Shown in pieces: positions 1 through 10,270 of a DNA stretch of 64,000 bases; position 1 is the first letter of the stretch; each line of letters opens with the position of its first letter. The notes beneath the pieces are model-generated. The model saw nothing but the letters and a program-made list of their open reading frames with translations. It was not told where the DNA came from and did no database searches. Made by a program: the position numbers and the translations under genes. This stretch comes from an uncultured virus (IMG/VR IMGVR_UViG_3300019132_000039) (Duplodnaviria; Heunggongvirae; Uroviricota; Caudoviricetes): IMG/VR virus record IMGVR_UViG_3300019132_000039; one strand, 5' to 3'.

Positions 1-1
1 A

Positions 2-229
2 TATAATAAGTTAGATGATTATGATTTACAAGAGTTTGAAAATCTAATTGAAGATTTTGAGTGGGTTAAAGATATGATTGAAAAGAATATTGATTCATCT
101 GAATTTGAATATAGTAATTGGTGCGAAGCGCTTAACAATTATTTAGAGCAATTATATGATATGGGCGATATGGTAACAAGTAATCATGATGATTTTTGGA
201 ATCGTGAAAAATTCCTGTGGGTTGGATAA
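2..229 (+). CDS. Partial hypothetical protein (5' end outside window)
   Basis: Open frame from position 2 (YNKLDDYDLQEF...) to TAA at 227-229. Confidence 0.6.
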   Translation, partial: YNKLDDYDLQEFENLIEDFEWVKDMIEKNIDSSEFEYSNWCEALNNYLEQLYDMGDMVTSNHDDFWNREKFLWVG

Positions 230-249
230 AATTTCACTTTTGTATAAAG

Positions 250-817
250 TGAATAGTTCGTTTCGAGATACGACACATAATGCGACATAACGAGGTGAGG
301 TTATGGAAGTAAAAAAGATATTCCCTTTTGTAATAAGCTACAAAGGTGAATTGTATGTGAAAACAAACAAAGAATCGCAGGTCGGGGATATAGCATTGTG
401 TTTAGAAGATACACCATGGACAACCAAAGGTAAATATTATCTTGTGGTTGAGTGTTACCCTCCAAGAGGGTTTAAAGGAATAATCGACGACGATGGACAG
501 CCTATGGGTATACACGACCATTTAGGTGGATTTAGATTTTACAGAAAAAGAAGTTAATACACATTCCGAAGATACTAAGCGTCAGACACATATTGTGCAG
601 GGGGCGAAAAAATATGAAACCTTTATGCGTTAATCAAAAAGGTGTAATAACAGAAGGAATTCTTAAAGGAAAAGAAGGATTGGTTGTAGGGTTCGACAGC
701 GTTGAGGACAGAGCGACTATCCAACTTGATGAAATTACGTTTGTTGAAATTTCTTCGGATTATATCCATCAAGAAGATTAGATAGATTTGTTGAACAGTA
801 CGTTTCAGATACGACAC
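250..817 (+). repeat. Imperfect direct repeats TGAAYAGTWCGTTTC(G)AGATACGACAC flanking a two-gene block
   Basis: 250-276 tgaatagttcgtttcgagatacgacac vs 792-817 tgaacagtacgtttcagatacgacac. Confidence 0.75.
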
Positions 818-2058
818 GAAATGTGTAGCGAAGAGGGGATATGCTTGCTAGAAACCATAGATTTTGTATGGCTAGGAATCGTCTTTATTGGTAGTGTTTG
901 TTTAGGTTTAGTGATTAGAAAAATTTATCACGGTAAAAAAGTTGTTCAAACAAAAGAAGTGGAAAAAAGCTCACAAAATAATGGAACTAGTTAATGCAGA
1001 TGAAGAAAGTGCTAATGCGTAGTGCAAAAAATAATGCGTAGTAGGCAGACCATACGCAGGCATCATGCGATTTTAATGATTTTTTAATAAAAGGGGAGAT
1101 TTTTATGGGTAAGCAAATTGTTTTGAATTATGATAATGCCGAAGAAGTAATATATCAAGCTATTGCAGAGCTTAAAAATAAAGTAGCCAGCAATGCCCGA
1201 AGAGAAGCTTTTGATGATTGCTCAAAATATTGGGCTAAGCAAGTTGAAGAAATCATCAAAGATGATTGTCCTAATAGTGTAAAGGTTTTTAAGATTCGTA
1301 AATTATTTAATATTGACCTATAAAAAGTGAGGCTCAACTAAAATGAAAGTGTGCACTAGAAAAGTAAAACCGGTAGAGGTGTATGCGGTTTGTGATCGAT
1401 GCAATATTCATTATCCCATGATCAAATCAGCAAAAATTCATTCTGCAAATCCGACCATTTACACCTATGTGTGCAATAATTGTGGTCATATGGAACAATC
1501 ATCAGAGGACTATCCTCGAATTGAATATAGATGATAAAGGAAGTGAGGTCTTGAAAAAGACAAAAGAGTATGTCAAATATTGGACACATACTTTAAATGA
1601 AAGAGGAAATGTGGAAATTCGTTGTATTCTTGAGGATAGAGAAGTGTTTATAGAATTATCCTCCAAAGATATAAGACATTTCAACCAATGGCTTGAGGTT
1701 GCTGCAATGTTTGGAGGGAGAATAAAAACCGTGAGCAAACCATGTCCAAAATGCGGAGAGAACAATTGTTTTAATGTTGAATCTTCGATTGAGGAGCTTG
1801 ATGCTAAATGGTTTAAGTGTACATTTTGTCTAGCAATTAGCAATAAAGATGATTGGTTAAATGCTGGAGGTGATACAAATGCCAACCTGGAAAGGAAAGA
1901 AGGTTAGAAATGCTCACTATTTTCATTTGCGACGTTCTGTTGAACGCCGTTTGAGACAAGATCGCAGTAAGTGGGGTTTTATGTATAAACAGCCCCGTTA
2001 TTCGATCGGCGGCAATCGGAACGGTAAGCATATTCGTGAACACGTTTTTTGGAATTAA
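303..2058 (+). other. Run of short phage-type hypothetical ORFs (303-557, 614-781, ~840-994, 1105-1323, 1343-1534 Zn-ribbon, ~1551-1907 Zn-ribbon, 1879-2058)
   Basis: Closely packed + strand ORFs, most with GAGG/GGAG RBS; CxxC pairs in two of them. Confidence 0.6.
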
Positions 2059-2194
2059 AGGAGGCTATTTCATGTTTGGGCCTGTTTTTTATGCAAAGAT
2101 TCTTGGAGCTATATTAAAAGAAGTTGTACATATTTTTATTGCTTTCTTAGTTGGATTTATTCTAGGCTCTTTCATCTTTTAATTAAAAGAAAGG

Positions 2195-2560
2195 ATGCCA
2201 ATAATGAGAGAATTTCATTTGGGTGATATATTAACCATTACTACACGAAAATTGGTATCTCCACGAGGAATGGAAGGAGTATATGGTATTCTCAATTATA
2301 TGACCAATGATAATCTGTTTACACATCAGTTACAAAGGGCAACAAAAGAGTGTGCTCCTTTCTTACTTGAACAATTTCCTTTCTTGAAAGAGGTTACAGG
2401 AGAATAAGTAAATCCTTCTAATTATCAAGAATGGCTGGATCGTCAAGTCAAACAGTTTGGTGAATATTTTTCTGTTCAGCCGCTACAAGAGGGTATTCAT
2501 ACATATATTCATCCTCTTGTAGAATTAGCTCAGATGATGGAACAAAAAGAAACAAACTAA
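2195..2560 (+). pseudogene. Phage hypothetical protein interrupted by an in-frame TAA
   Basis: TAA at 2405-2407; the same frame continues 50 codons (VNPSNYQEWLDRQVKQFGEY...HPLVELAQMM) to TAA 2558-2560 with no separate RBS/start. Confidence 0.6.
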
Positions 2561-2877
2561 ACAGAAAGGAAATTATACCAATGAGTTGGTTTGATGAAAA
2601 AGATGACGTTCATACAATTTTGAACCATTTGAGTAATCGTACGCCGGATAGTATTAGAGATGATGCGGTTCGTGAACTACTGCGAAGAGGGTGGTCAAAA
2701 GATGAAGTTAGAGATGAGTTATACAAACATGGTTCAGGTTCTCCGGTATTATTCTACAAGTAATCGGGAGAGGGTGCTATTAATATACGCATTTATAAGG
2801 CAGTAAATGTTTCATCAGAATTTAGAGATTTTTATAATAGCTTAGGAGAAGGAAAAGAAAATAAACCATCATAGTCC

Positions 2878-2900
2878 CCCTCCGGGGTGTTTGGTGAAAA
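2878..2900 (+). promoter_or_regulatory. CCCTCCGGG-N8-BGRAAA element, copy 1
   Basis: ccctccggg gtgtttgg tgaaaa, 21 nt before ATG 2922. Confidence 0.75.
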
Positions 2901-2921
2901 TATAGTAAAGGAGCAGTAAGA

Positions 2922-3338
2922 ATGACATCAACAAAATCTATTACACTTTTTGATTTACTTTCAGATCATTTTCCAAACGGACAAAAAGCACGGGTCACAA
3001 CAGATAACAGTTTGTATGGCATGACGGTTGCAAAAGTTGATGACATGATTGTGAATTGTCGTACTGGAGAGCCGATTGTGCTTATAAAAGATTTATTAAA
3101 CACTAGAGTTCAACTCATTGAAGCGCAAAAAGAAGTATCACTTCAGGAGTTTTTAACTGCTTATAAAGAAGGTAAAAAAGTCAAAGTGCAAGTTGGCGAG
3201 TTTTACCGCATTTTACAAAAAAACGAGGATATTTCATTTGTATCGCAAGACAATCCATTTATGGCGATTCTGATGTCCCCTGATAATGTGATGACCATGA
3301 AAGAATTAATTGAAGGCACATTTTATGTTTTAGAATAA
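2922..3338 (+). CDS. Hypothetical protein
   Basis: 138-aa ORF with AAGGAG RBS. Confidence 0.7.
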   Translation: MTSTKSITLFDLLSDHFPNGQKARVTTDNSLYGMTVAKVDDMIVNCRTGEPIVLIKDLLNTRVQLIEAQKEVSLQEFLTAYKEGKKVKVQVGEFYRILQKNEDISFVSQDNPFMAILMSPDNVMTMKELIEGTFYVLE

Positions 3339-3345
3339 CCTTCCC

Positions 3346-3368
3346 CCCTCCGGGGAATTTCGTGGAAA
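3346..3368 (+). promoter_or_regulatory. CCCTCCGGG-N8-BGRAAA element, copy 2
   Basis: ccctccggg gaatttcg tggaaa upstream of the helicase gene. Confidence 0.75.
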
Positions 3369-3402
3369 TATAGGTGGTGATCTCATGTAAGGAGGATTTA
3401 AA

Positions 3403-4575
3403 ATGACAGTATCTTCAATTATATTAACTCCGATGCAACAAGAAGCTGTTAATCGGATTGTACATTGGTATAAACATAGTTCAAAAGATACATTTTTTCT
3501 CGCAGGATATGCCGGAACCGGGAAGTCTACATTAGTCAATTATGTGATTGAACAATTAGGTTTACGATTGAATCGAGTAGCATTTGCTTGCTATACCGGA
3601 AAGGCAGCTCTGGTGCTTACACAAAAAGCCGATGGCCGCTATCGTGCCCAAACCATTCACCGATTAATTTACAAATTGGATGTCGATACAAAAGGGAAGC
3701 CACAATTTGTTAAAAAAGAAAAAGAAGAACTTGCTCATATCAAGCTCATTGTGATCGATGAGGCTTCGATGGTGGATGGACAGATTATGGAAGATTTGCG
3801 TTCATTTGGTAAAAAGATTTTGTTTATCGGAGATCAGGGGCAACTCCCACCGGTTTCTCAAGCGGGCAATGAAGAATTTGTTCAAATGTTTCATAATCCC
3901 GATTTTGCATTAACGGAGATTCACCGACAAGCTGAAGGGAACCCCATTATTCATTTATCCATGCTGGCTCGCACCAAGAAAAAGATTGATTATGGATGGT
4001 ACGGCAAGGAAGTGTTGGTCATTAATCAGCGAGACTGGCTGGCAATTCGAGAAAAGGTGTATACGACGGCCGATCAAATTATTTGTGGTTATAATCGCAC
4101 ACGTCAGTCTTTAAATCAGGACATTCGTCGATATTTGGGTTTTACGGATGATCTTCCACAAGTGGGAGATAAATTGATTTGCACCCGAAACAATTGGGGC
4201 AAAAACATACATGAGATCAGCTTAGTCAATGGTATGACGGGATTTGTAAAAGAAGTGAAAGAACTTGAAAAGAATTATGAAATTACCCGTGATGCATTTG
4301 AAATCAAATTCCAACCTGATTTTACAGATGAATGTTTTGAACAATTGTATTTACTTGAAGATCATTTCAAAGGAAATAAGTATCAATTGCTTCCGTATGA
4401 GTACAATGTTTATTGTGAATTTGATTTTGGATATGTGATTACTTGCCATAAATCGCAAGGCTCCCAGTGGGAAAAAGTAGTGGTTATTAATGAAGTACTA
4501 AGTGTCGAGGAACATCATCGCTGGTTATATACAGCCATTACTCGCTCTAGTGATAAATTGGTATTAGTTTTATAA
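3403..4575 (+). CDS. RecD/Dda-like SF1B DNA helicase
   Basis: Walker A GYAGTGKS, IVIDEASMV, GDQGQLPPV, TEIHRQ, TCHKSQGSQW, YTAITR motifs. Confidence 0.9.
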   Translation: MTVSSIILTPMQQEAVNRIVHWYKHSSKDTFFLAGYAGTGKSTLVNYVIEQLGLRLNRVAFACYTGKAALVLTQKADGRYRAQTIHRLIYKLDVDTKGKPQFVKKEKEELAHIKLIVIDEASMVDGQIMEDLRSFGKKILFIGDQGQLPPVSQAGNEEFVQMFHNPDFALTEIHRQAEGNPIIHLSMLARTKKKIDYGWYGKEVLVINQRDWLAIREKVYTTADQIICGYNRTRQSLNQDIRRYLGFTDDLPQVGDKLICTRNNWGKNIHEISLVNGMTGFVKEVKELEKNYEITRDAFEIKFQPDFTDECFEQLYLLEDHFKGNKYQLLPYEYNVYCEFDFGYVITCHKSQGSQWEKVVVINEVLSVEEHHRWLYTAITRSSDKLVLVL

Positions 4576-4590
4576 AAGGAGGGTTTCTTC

Positions 4591-5022
4591 GTGTACTCAG
4601 AAGTAACTCAACGCTTGCATCAAGAATATCTTAAAATAAAACAGCAATATATCGATAATTTGCGAGAGGATTTTGCTAATCATTTTCCTAAGCTGATTCA
4701 AGAACAATATCAGCCTTATTTTTTGCCGGAAATTTGCTATTTTATGATTCCTGGTGATCATGTCGATTTTATGATTTTTGATGAACATCTTAATCTGATT
4801 AACGAATGCGATCCAAAGAATTATAAACCTATGTATCTGGATGAGGATGGTCGCATTTCTTATGATCTAGTGCCGGATTTTCATAAAGTTGTACATGATT
4901 TTGTGGCACCGTATTATGAGGAATTTGAATATTTTGATCTGTATGATGAAGCTCTTCCGCTATCTGATTTAAAAGAAATAATGGGTGTTGCAGAAACTCA
5001 TGAGAAGGAGAATCAGGAATGA
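4591..5022 (+). CDS. Hypothetical protein
   Basis: 143-aa ORF, AGGAGG RBS, GTG start. Confidence 0.7.
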   Translation: MYSEVTQRLHQEYLKIKQQYIDNLREDFANHFPKLIQEQYQPYFLPEICYFMIPGDHVDFMIFDEHLNLINECDPKNYKPMYLDEDGRISYDLVPDFHKVVHDFVAPYYEEFEYFDLYDEALPLSDLKEIMGVAETHEKENQE

Positions 5023-5230
5023 AGCAAGTACTGATAAAAGCTGCTCTAATGGCTGGAGCAGCTCTTTTACGTCAATTAAGTCGAGATGTCGGAAAAGCTG
5101 CTTATTATTATGGAAAACAACAGTTTAAGAAAGCAAAAAGACAAAAGAATAATGATTAACAAAGACAAACAAGGTTTGTATTTTGAGCCTATGCTCAATT
5201 AAAAAATAAACCAATAAAAAGGAGGCCATA

Positions 5231-5842
5231 ATGATGAGCTATGTGGTTCGACAAGCTGAAAATGAACATTTTATTTTAAAGATTGTACAAGATGATGATG
5301 CTCGGAGTCCACGACAAGATTTTGATAATTTAGGTACCATGGTTTGTTTTCATCATCGATATAACTTAGGTGATTCTCATTCGTATTCGGATCCTCGTCA
5401 TTTCTTAGAGAGTCTAGCTATGGAATTAGCTGAACTTGAAGAAGAAGTATTGGAAGAAATGAGCATGGACGAATTAATGGATACCATTGAGGAGCATGTA
5501 GTTATGTTGCCGCTTTATTTATATGATCACAGCGGGATTACTATGAGAACTTCTCCTTTTTCATGTCCATGGGATAGTGGACAAGTAGGATATATTTATG
5601 TGCCTGTAAAAGATTTAGAAAAAGAGGGTTTGACTCTTCAACAAGCTGAAGATATTTTGGAAGCCGAAGTCAAAACTTATGATCAGTACTTAACTGGAGA
5701 CATTTACGGGTACATTCTTGAAACACATGAAGGAGAACACATTGATAGTTGCTGGGGATTTTATGGGCTTGATCACATATTATCTGAATTGAAAGGTGAA
5801 TTAAGCGAGGAATACCATGATCTAATAGAACAACTTGTATAG
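5231..5842 (+). CDS. Acidic phage/plasmid hypothetical protein
   Basis: 203 aa, strong RBS; DNLGTMVC...LYLYDHSG...WDSGQVG...DSCWGFYG pattern that I recall from mobile-element proteins; function unknown. Confidence 0.65.
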   Translation: MMSYVVRQAENEHFILKIVQDDDARSPRQDFDNLGTMVCFHHRYNLGDSHSYSDPRHFLESLAMELAELEEEVLEEMSMDELMDTIEEHVVMLPLYLYDHSGITMRTSPFSCPWDSGQVGYIYVPVKDLEKEGLTLQQAEDILEAEVKTYDQYLTGDIYGYILETHEGEHIDSCWGFYGLDHILSELKGELSEEYHDLIEQLV

Positions 5843-6177
5843 GTGAATACATGGAATTAGTGCACCAATACATGAGCACCTCTTTGTTTTTTCAATGCTG
5901 CTATGTTATTCAATTATGGAACGAACAAGGAATCAAAGCTACCCCTGAAATTGCTTCTTTTATCGAAAAAGAATGTGGAATCACACGTGATGTATTTAAG
6001 CAACAGATCTATCAAAGCGGATATTTATTTCCTAAAGACAATAATGAAGAAGCATGCAAACTAATTTTAGCTTACATTATTTATTGTATTGATTATCAAT
6101 GCTTTCAAGAGTTAGGGAAAACTTTTTCTTTATTAAAGAAAATATTTTATTGATAGGCATTACAAGTAATATATTGA

Positions 6178-6216
6178 TGTAATGCCTTGCATTTACCCCA
6201 AGTTTTATGATAAACT
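6178..6216 (+). promoter_or_regulatory. SigA-like promoter overlapped by a TGTAATGCATTACA-type operator
   Basis: TGTAATGCCTTGCA 6178-6191 overlaps TTGCAT (6187); TG-a-TAAACT at 6211; inverted half-site AGGCATTACA 6155-6164. Confidence 0.55.
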
Positions 6217-6259
6217 TGGGGAGAAGTGATACAGGGGAATAAAATAAAGGAGTCGAAGC

Positions 6260-6945
6260 ATGAAGAAGAAGACACGTACGATAACTCGCTTAATTCTAGC
6301 AGGAACGACGGTTTCTTCTATTGCTCTAGCCCTTCATTTTTATTCGTTCAAAAGTGACTTAAAACAGGTTCGTAAGTCTCACGAAAAGTTGAGCGAAAAG
6401 TACACAGAAGTGCTTGAAAAAAATGAAGACCTTTTTCAAGAAAATCAACAATTACATCAGGAAATGAAAAAGGTGAATGGTTTATTAGAGCAGTCTGAAA
6501 TGGAAATCGATCGACTAACTAAGGAGACTGAAGACCTCCGGAGAAGATTAGAGGTTTATAGGCAAAAGGTAGCTGAATTAGAAAAAAAGTTCAAAAGCAC
6601 CCCGTAGTTTTCCGTGGTCAACGAGAAGGGGAATGGATTTATTTTCGTTTAACCTTTTATGATAATAACTATCAGTCTACTGGAAAACGTCCAGGCGATC
6701 CGGGCTATGGCATTACTGCGAGTGGGCGACCTACTGAAGAAGGAGTTACAATTGCTGTAGATCCTAATATTATTCCGCTTGGTACGTGGGTGCTTATTAA
6801 ATGGCCGGATGGACGCACTGAAAAGCGTCGAGCAGATGATACAGGTCGCTTGATCAAAGGGTATGATATCGACTATTACGTACCTCATGCTCATGTTTCA
6901 ATGGGGGATGTAATGGTGCAAGTCAAAATTCTGGATAAGAAATAA
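6260..6945 (+). CDS. Membrane-anchored coiled-coil protein joined by a probable -1 frameshift to a 3D (Asp-Asp-Asp) cell-wall domain
   Basis: Frame 0 ends at TAG 6607; A_AAA_AAG at 6583-6589; the -1 frame from 6589 to TAA 6945 encodes GITASG...TIAVDPNIIPLGT...ADDTGRLIKGYDIDYY, a 3D-domain signature. Confidence 0.75.
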
Positions 6946-6959
6946 AAGGAGTTGGAGAC

Positions 6960-7226
6960 ATGGTTGTTTTAGGGGAAAGAGATGATGATTTTTTTGATTT
7001 TCGTGATCAAGTGTTTGGTGAATCGGCCAGAGATAGTATTCCATTTTCGCCCCAAGAAGAGGCGGTTTTAAATCGAGATAGCGAAATTCACACTTCTTAT
7101 ATCTTGGTTAATGCCTTATTAAATTTATTGATTCGAAAAGGTATTATTTATCCTCATGAAGTAAAAGCCCTCGTTGCAGAATTGCATGCAGAATATATAA
7201 AAAAGCGAGGGAAAACCCATGAGTAA
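6960..7226 (+). CDS. Hypothetical protein
   Basis: 88-aa ORF with RBS, overlapping the next gene. Confidence 0.65.
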   Translation: MVVLGERDDDFFDFRDQVFGESARDSIPFSPQEEAVLNRDSEIHTSYILVNALLNLLIRKGIIYPHEVKALVAELHAEYIKKRGKTHE

Positions 7227-7599
7227 ATTAAACATTCAACAAAAGCTGAGTAAATTTAAGAAACATGTTACACATTTTTCAGAACAACTAAAGTATCAAG
7301 TTGTGCAAGAACAGGAAGTGATCGTAGGAGGTACAATTCTGAACATAGTTCCTCCGGTTGACGAAGAATTTCCTATGTATATTGTCATTTTAGATGACTT
7401 AGTGGGTCAAACTCATGTGTTTGTGACAGAAGAAATCATGAACACCTTTATGGATCAATTTCAAATTGGTCAGGATGTATTTATCGAAGGGTTTGTTAAT
7501 ATTATTAGCCGACGTATTCAAGGAAAAGAGAAAAGAGATGTGTCGGTTTTTGCATATGATGTAAAAGATTTTAGGAAGAATGGAGACAACATTTCATGA
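7219..7599 (+). CDS. Stand-alone OB-fold protein resembling the DnaE C-terminal OB domain
   Basis: VGGTI...MYIVILDDLVGQTHVFV...GQDVFIEG resembles the DnaE OB pattern. Confidence 0.5.
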   Translation: MSKLNIQQKLSKFKKHVTHFSEQLKYQVVQEQEVIVGGTILNIVPPVDEEFPMYIVILDDLVGQTHVFVTEEIMNTFMDQFQIGQDVFIEGFVNIISRRIQGKEKRDVSVFAYDVKDFRKNGDNIS

Positions 7600-7777
7600 G
7601 AAATGTGTTAGTTTTCCCAGATAAAAGTGAGCATGATTTTATGTATCCTGTCAACCGAGATATTCATATAGGAGAAAGGTTGCAGGTACAGTTTCAAGAT
7701 CATACTGTTCATGTTTTGGTAGTCACAGATATCAAGAAAACTGACAAAGTGATTTATTATTATTTATCTTTTTCAGC

Positions 7778-7800
7778 CCCTCCGGGACATTAAGTGAAAA
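7778..7800 (+). promoter_or_regulatory. CCCTCCGGG-N8-BGRAAA element, copy 3
   Basis: ccctccggg acattaag tgaaaa upstream of ssb. Confidence 0.75.
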
Positions 7801-7829
7801 ATAATTTTTTATTTTAGGAGGTATATGAC

Positions 7830-8582
7830 ATGAATAACTACGGTCAACCTTATGGAAATCAGTCTTATGGAAATCAGTCTTATGGAAATCAAGGGTACTC
7901 AAATCAAGGGTATCCAAATCAAGGCGGCTATCCGATGGATCAGCAATCTAATGGTCAACGTAATGGCTCTGGATTTGATAATTATGCCAAAATCAAAGTC
8001 ATTGGACGTTTAACCCAGGATCCAACTTCAAAAATAGTAAACAATTCAAAAGTGGGTACATCTAAGATCGCAATTAATCATCGTAGCGAAAAAGCAGGAA
8101 CTGATTTTTGGTTTATTGAAGTATGGGGCAACGAAGGAGCCGATAGTAAATATAATTTCTTGATTAATCATTGTCCGAAAGGTCGTCGAGTGTTCGTAGA
8201 AGGAATCCCTGAACTTCGCCAACAAAAGAATCAAGATGGTTCTTATAGTTATTATCCAACTATTAAAGTTACTGAGCTTGTAGGATTAGAAATGCCAAAA
8301 GGCAGTGAAGGAGCACAACAACAACCAACAGGACAGTATCAAGGTGGATTCCAAGCACCGCCACAAGGTAATTTCAATCCATCTCCACAACAGCAACAGG
8401 GAGGATTTACACCACCTCCGGCTCCACCACAAGGAGGAGGATTCCCGCCAAATCCGGCGCAATCAAATACACCTCCTGCTCCGCAAGGAGGATTTCCACC
8501 TAACCCACCAGGTGGCGGTTATGGAGCTCCAGTAGGTGCACCAAATGGCGGATTTCCGCCAGCCCCACCACAAGGAGCTTAA
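7830..8582 (+). CDS. ssb: Single-stranded DNA-binding protein with low-complexity N- and C-termini
   Basis: IGRLTQDP...TDFWFIEVWG...KGRRVFVEG SSB core; YGNQS repeats at the N-terminus; P/G/Q-rich tail. Confidence 0.85.
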   Translation: MNNYGQPYGNQSYGNQSYGNQGYSNQGYPNQGGYPMDQQSNGQRNGSGFDNYAKIKVIGRLTQDPTSKIVNNSKVGTSKIAINHRSEKAGTDFWFIEVWGNEGADSKYNFLINHCPKGRRVFVEGIPELRQQKNQDGSYSYYPTIKVTELVGLEMPKGSEGAQQQPTGQYQGGFQAPPQGNFNPSPQQQQGGFTPPPAPPQGGGFPPNPAQSNTPPAPQGGFPPNPPGGGYGAPVGAPNGGFPPAPPQGA

Positions 8583-8584
8583 AA

Positions 8585-8608
8585 CAAAGGGGGGATGTTC
8601 CCCCTTTG
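8585..8608 (+). terminator. Hairpin, probable terminator
   Basis: CAAAGGGGG/CCCCCTTTG inverted repeat after ssb. Confidence 0.55.
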
Positions 8609-8656
8609 ATGTATTTCCTATAATACCTCGTCATATTTTGCCGTATATAGAATGGA

Positions 8657-9076
8657 GTGAATCACTTGGCACGCAAAAAGCCTAATCCTGCCAATTCTTT
8701 GGCTCGATTTATGTATGGAATTTTTGATTATTATCATGACCGAGGTATGCCAAAAAAGACAGCCAAGGTACGTATGATTGATAATACACTTGAAGAGTGT
8801 GTCAAAATCATGAAACAAGAAGAAGAAGTTCCTGATCACATGCTTATTGTCATGGCTCAATGGATGTCACGAATTCTTCAATACCGTGGAGCTCATATGA
8901 CTAAACAAATTCGAACAATGCAGCAAAAGGCAAATGCCACACAGCAACCTATAGAAATTGATGAAGCGTATTTACAGCCGCTTCGGGATTTAAAAGCGGC
9001 AAAAGATGCTATTGACCAATTTATTGAGACTTATAAAGGATGGAGTGACATAAATGACCAGAAAGAAGAAAGATGA
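8657..9076 (+). CDS. Hypothetical protein
   Basis: ORF overlapping the recA start. Confidence 0.65.
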   Translation: MNHLARKKPNPANSLARFMYGIFDYYHDRGMPKKTAKVRMIDNTLEECVKIMKQEEEVPDHMLIVMAQWMSRILQYRGAHMTKQIRTMQQKANATQQPIEIDEAYLQPLRDLKAAKDAIDQFIETYKGWSDINDQKEER

Positions 9077-10232
9077 TAAACAAGCAACAAGCACAACTGA
9101 AACTTCATCAACAGGAATGGCTAGTAATGCCGATTTAATTGCCATGATTAATAAGCGAATGGGAGAAGGTTCTATTTATACATTTGAAGGAGAAGAGACT
9201 GTTAAGGTCCAGCCTGTATCTACGGGAATCCCTTCCTTAGATTTCGCTTTAGGAATTGGCGGCCTTCCGTGGGGACGATTGGTAGAAATCTATGGACCAG
9301 AATCCTCTGGAAAAACAACGGTAGCTTTAAAAACGGTTGCTACATTTCAGTATTATGCAAAACAACCGGGTCATCCATTTTACGGCAAAAAAGCGGTTTT
9401 CATTGATGCGGAACATGCCTTAGACCCATTCCATGCAAAAGCTCTTGGAGTGGATATTTCAAAAGAAACAGGTATGCTAATTGCACAACCAAACTGTGGC
9501 GAAGAAGGCTATGACTTAATGGAAACACTGATTCTTTCTAATCAAGTGGGCTTGATTGTTGGTGATAGTTTACCATCATTCATTCCTAAAGCTGTTATTG
9601 ATGGATCTGCAGAAGATAATCATATTGGATTACAAGCTCGCTTAAATTCTAAGTGTTTGCCAAAGATAGCACAATTGGCTTACAAACATAATTGTTTAGT
9701 CATTATGATTAACCAGATTCGAGAAAAAGTCGGCGTAATGTATGGGAATCCAGAGACTACACCGGGTGGCCGTGCATTGAAGTTTTATTCTTCTGTTCGT
9801 TTGGATGTGCGTCGAAAAGAAATCAAAAAAGGAGATGCCTTTATTGGCCAAACGATCACAATTAGTGTGAAAAAGAATAAGGTATCTCGTCCGTTCACTC
9901 AAGCGGAATTTGATTATTATTGGGATACAGGAATTGATGTTATTAAAGATATTATGAATGTAGCTATGGATATGGATATTATTAAACGTGCAGGAGCATG
10001 GTATTACTTAGGAGAAGATGTCAAAAATCCATACAAAGATGCTTCAGGAAATGAACTTAAATGGATGGGGAAAGACACCGTTGAAGCGGTTTTAAAACAA
10101 TCCCCGGCTCTATTTAACTATATTAATGATATTGTACAGGGTCGTATTCCAAAAGATGCTCAATTCGTGGTTGAGCAAGATGATTCTCAAGAAGAACTAG
10201 ACTCAGAATATCATGAAAATACGTTAGTCTAA
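9054..10232 (+). CDS. recA: Recombinase RecA
   Basis: GRLVEIYGPESSGKTT, FIDAEHALDP, INQIREKVGVMYGNPETTPGGRALKFYSSVRL, KNKV. Confidence 0.95.
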   Translation: MTRKKKDDKQATSTTETSSTGMASNADLIAMINKRMGEGSIYTFEGEETVKVQPVSTGIPSLDFALGIGGLPWGRLVEIYGPESSGKTTVALKTVATFQYYAKQPGHPFYGKKAVFIDAEHALDPFHAKALGVDISKETGMLIAQPNCGEEGYDLMETLILSNQVGLIVGDSLPSFIPKAVIDGSAEDNHIGLQARLNSKCLPKIAQLAYKHNCLVIMINQIREKVGVMYGNPETTPGGRALKFYSSVRLDVRRKEIKKGDAFIGQTITISVKKNKVSRPFTQAEFDYYWDTGIDVIKDIMNVAMDMDIIKRAGAWYYLGEDVKNPYKDASGNELKWMGKDTVEAVLKQSPALFNYINDIVQGRIPKDAQFVVEQDDSQEELDSEYHENTLV

Positions 10233-10270
10233 AGGGAGCTTTTTGCTCCCTTATGTGAGGAGGGGTCAAG

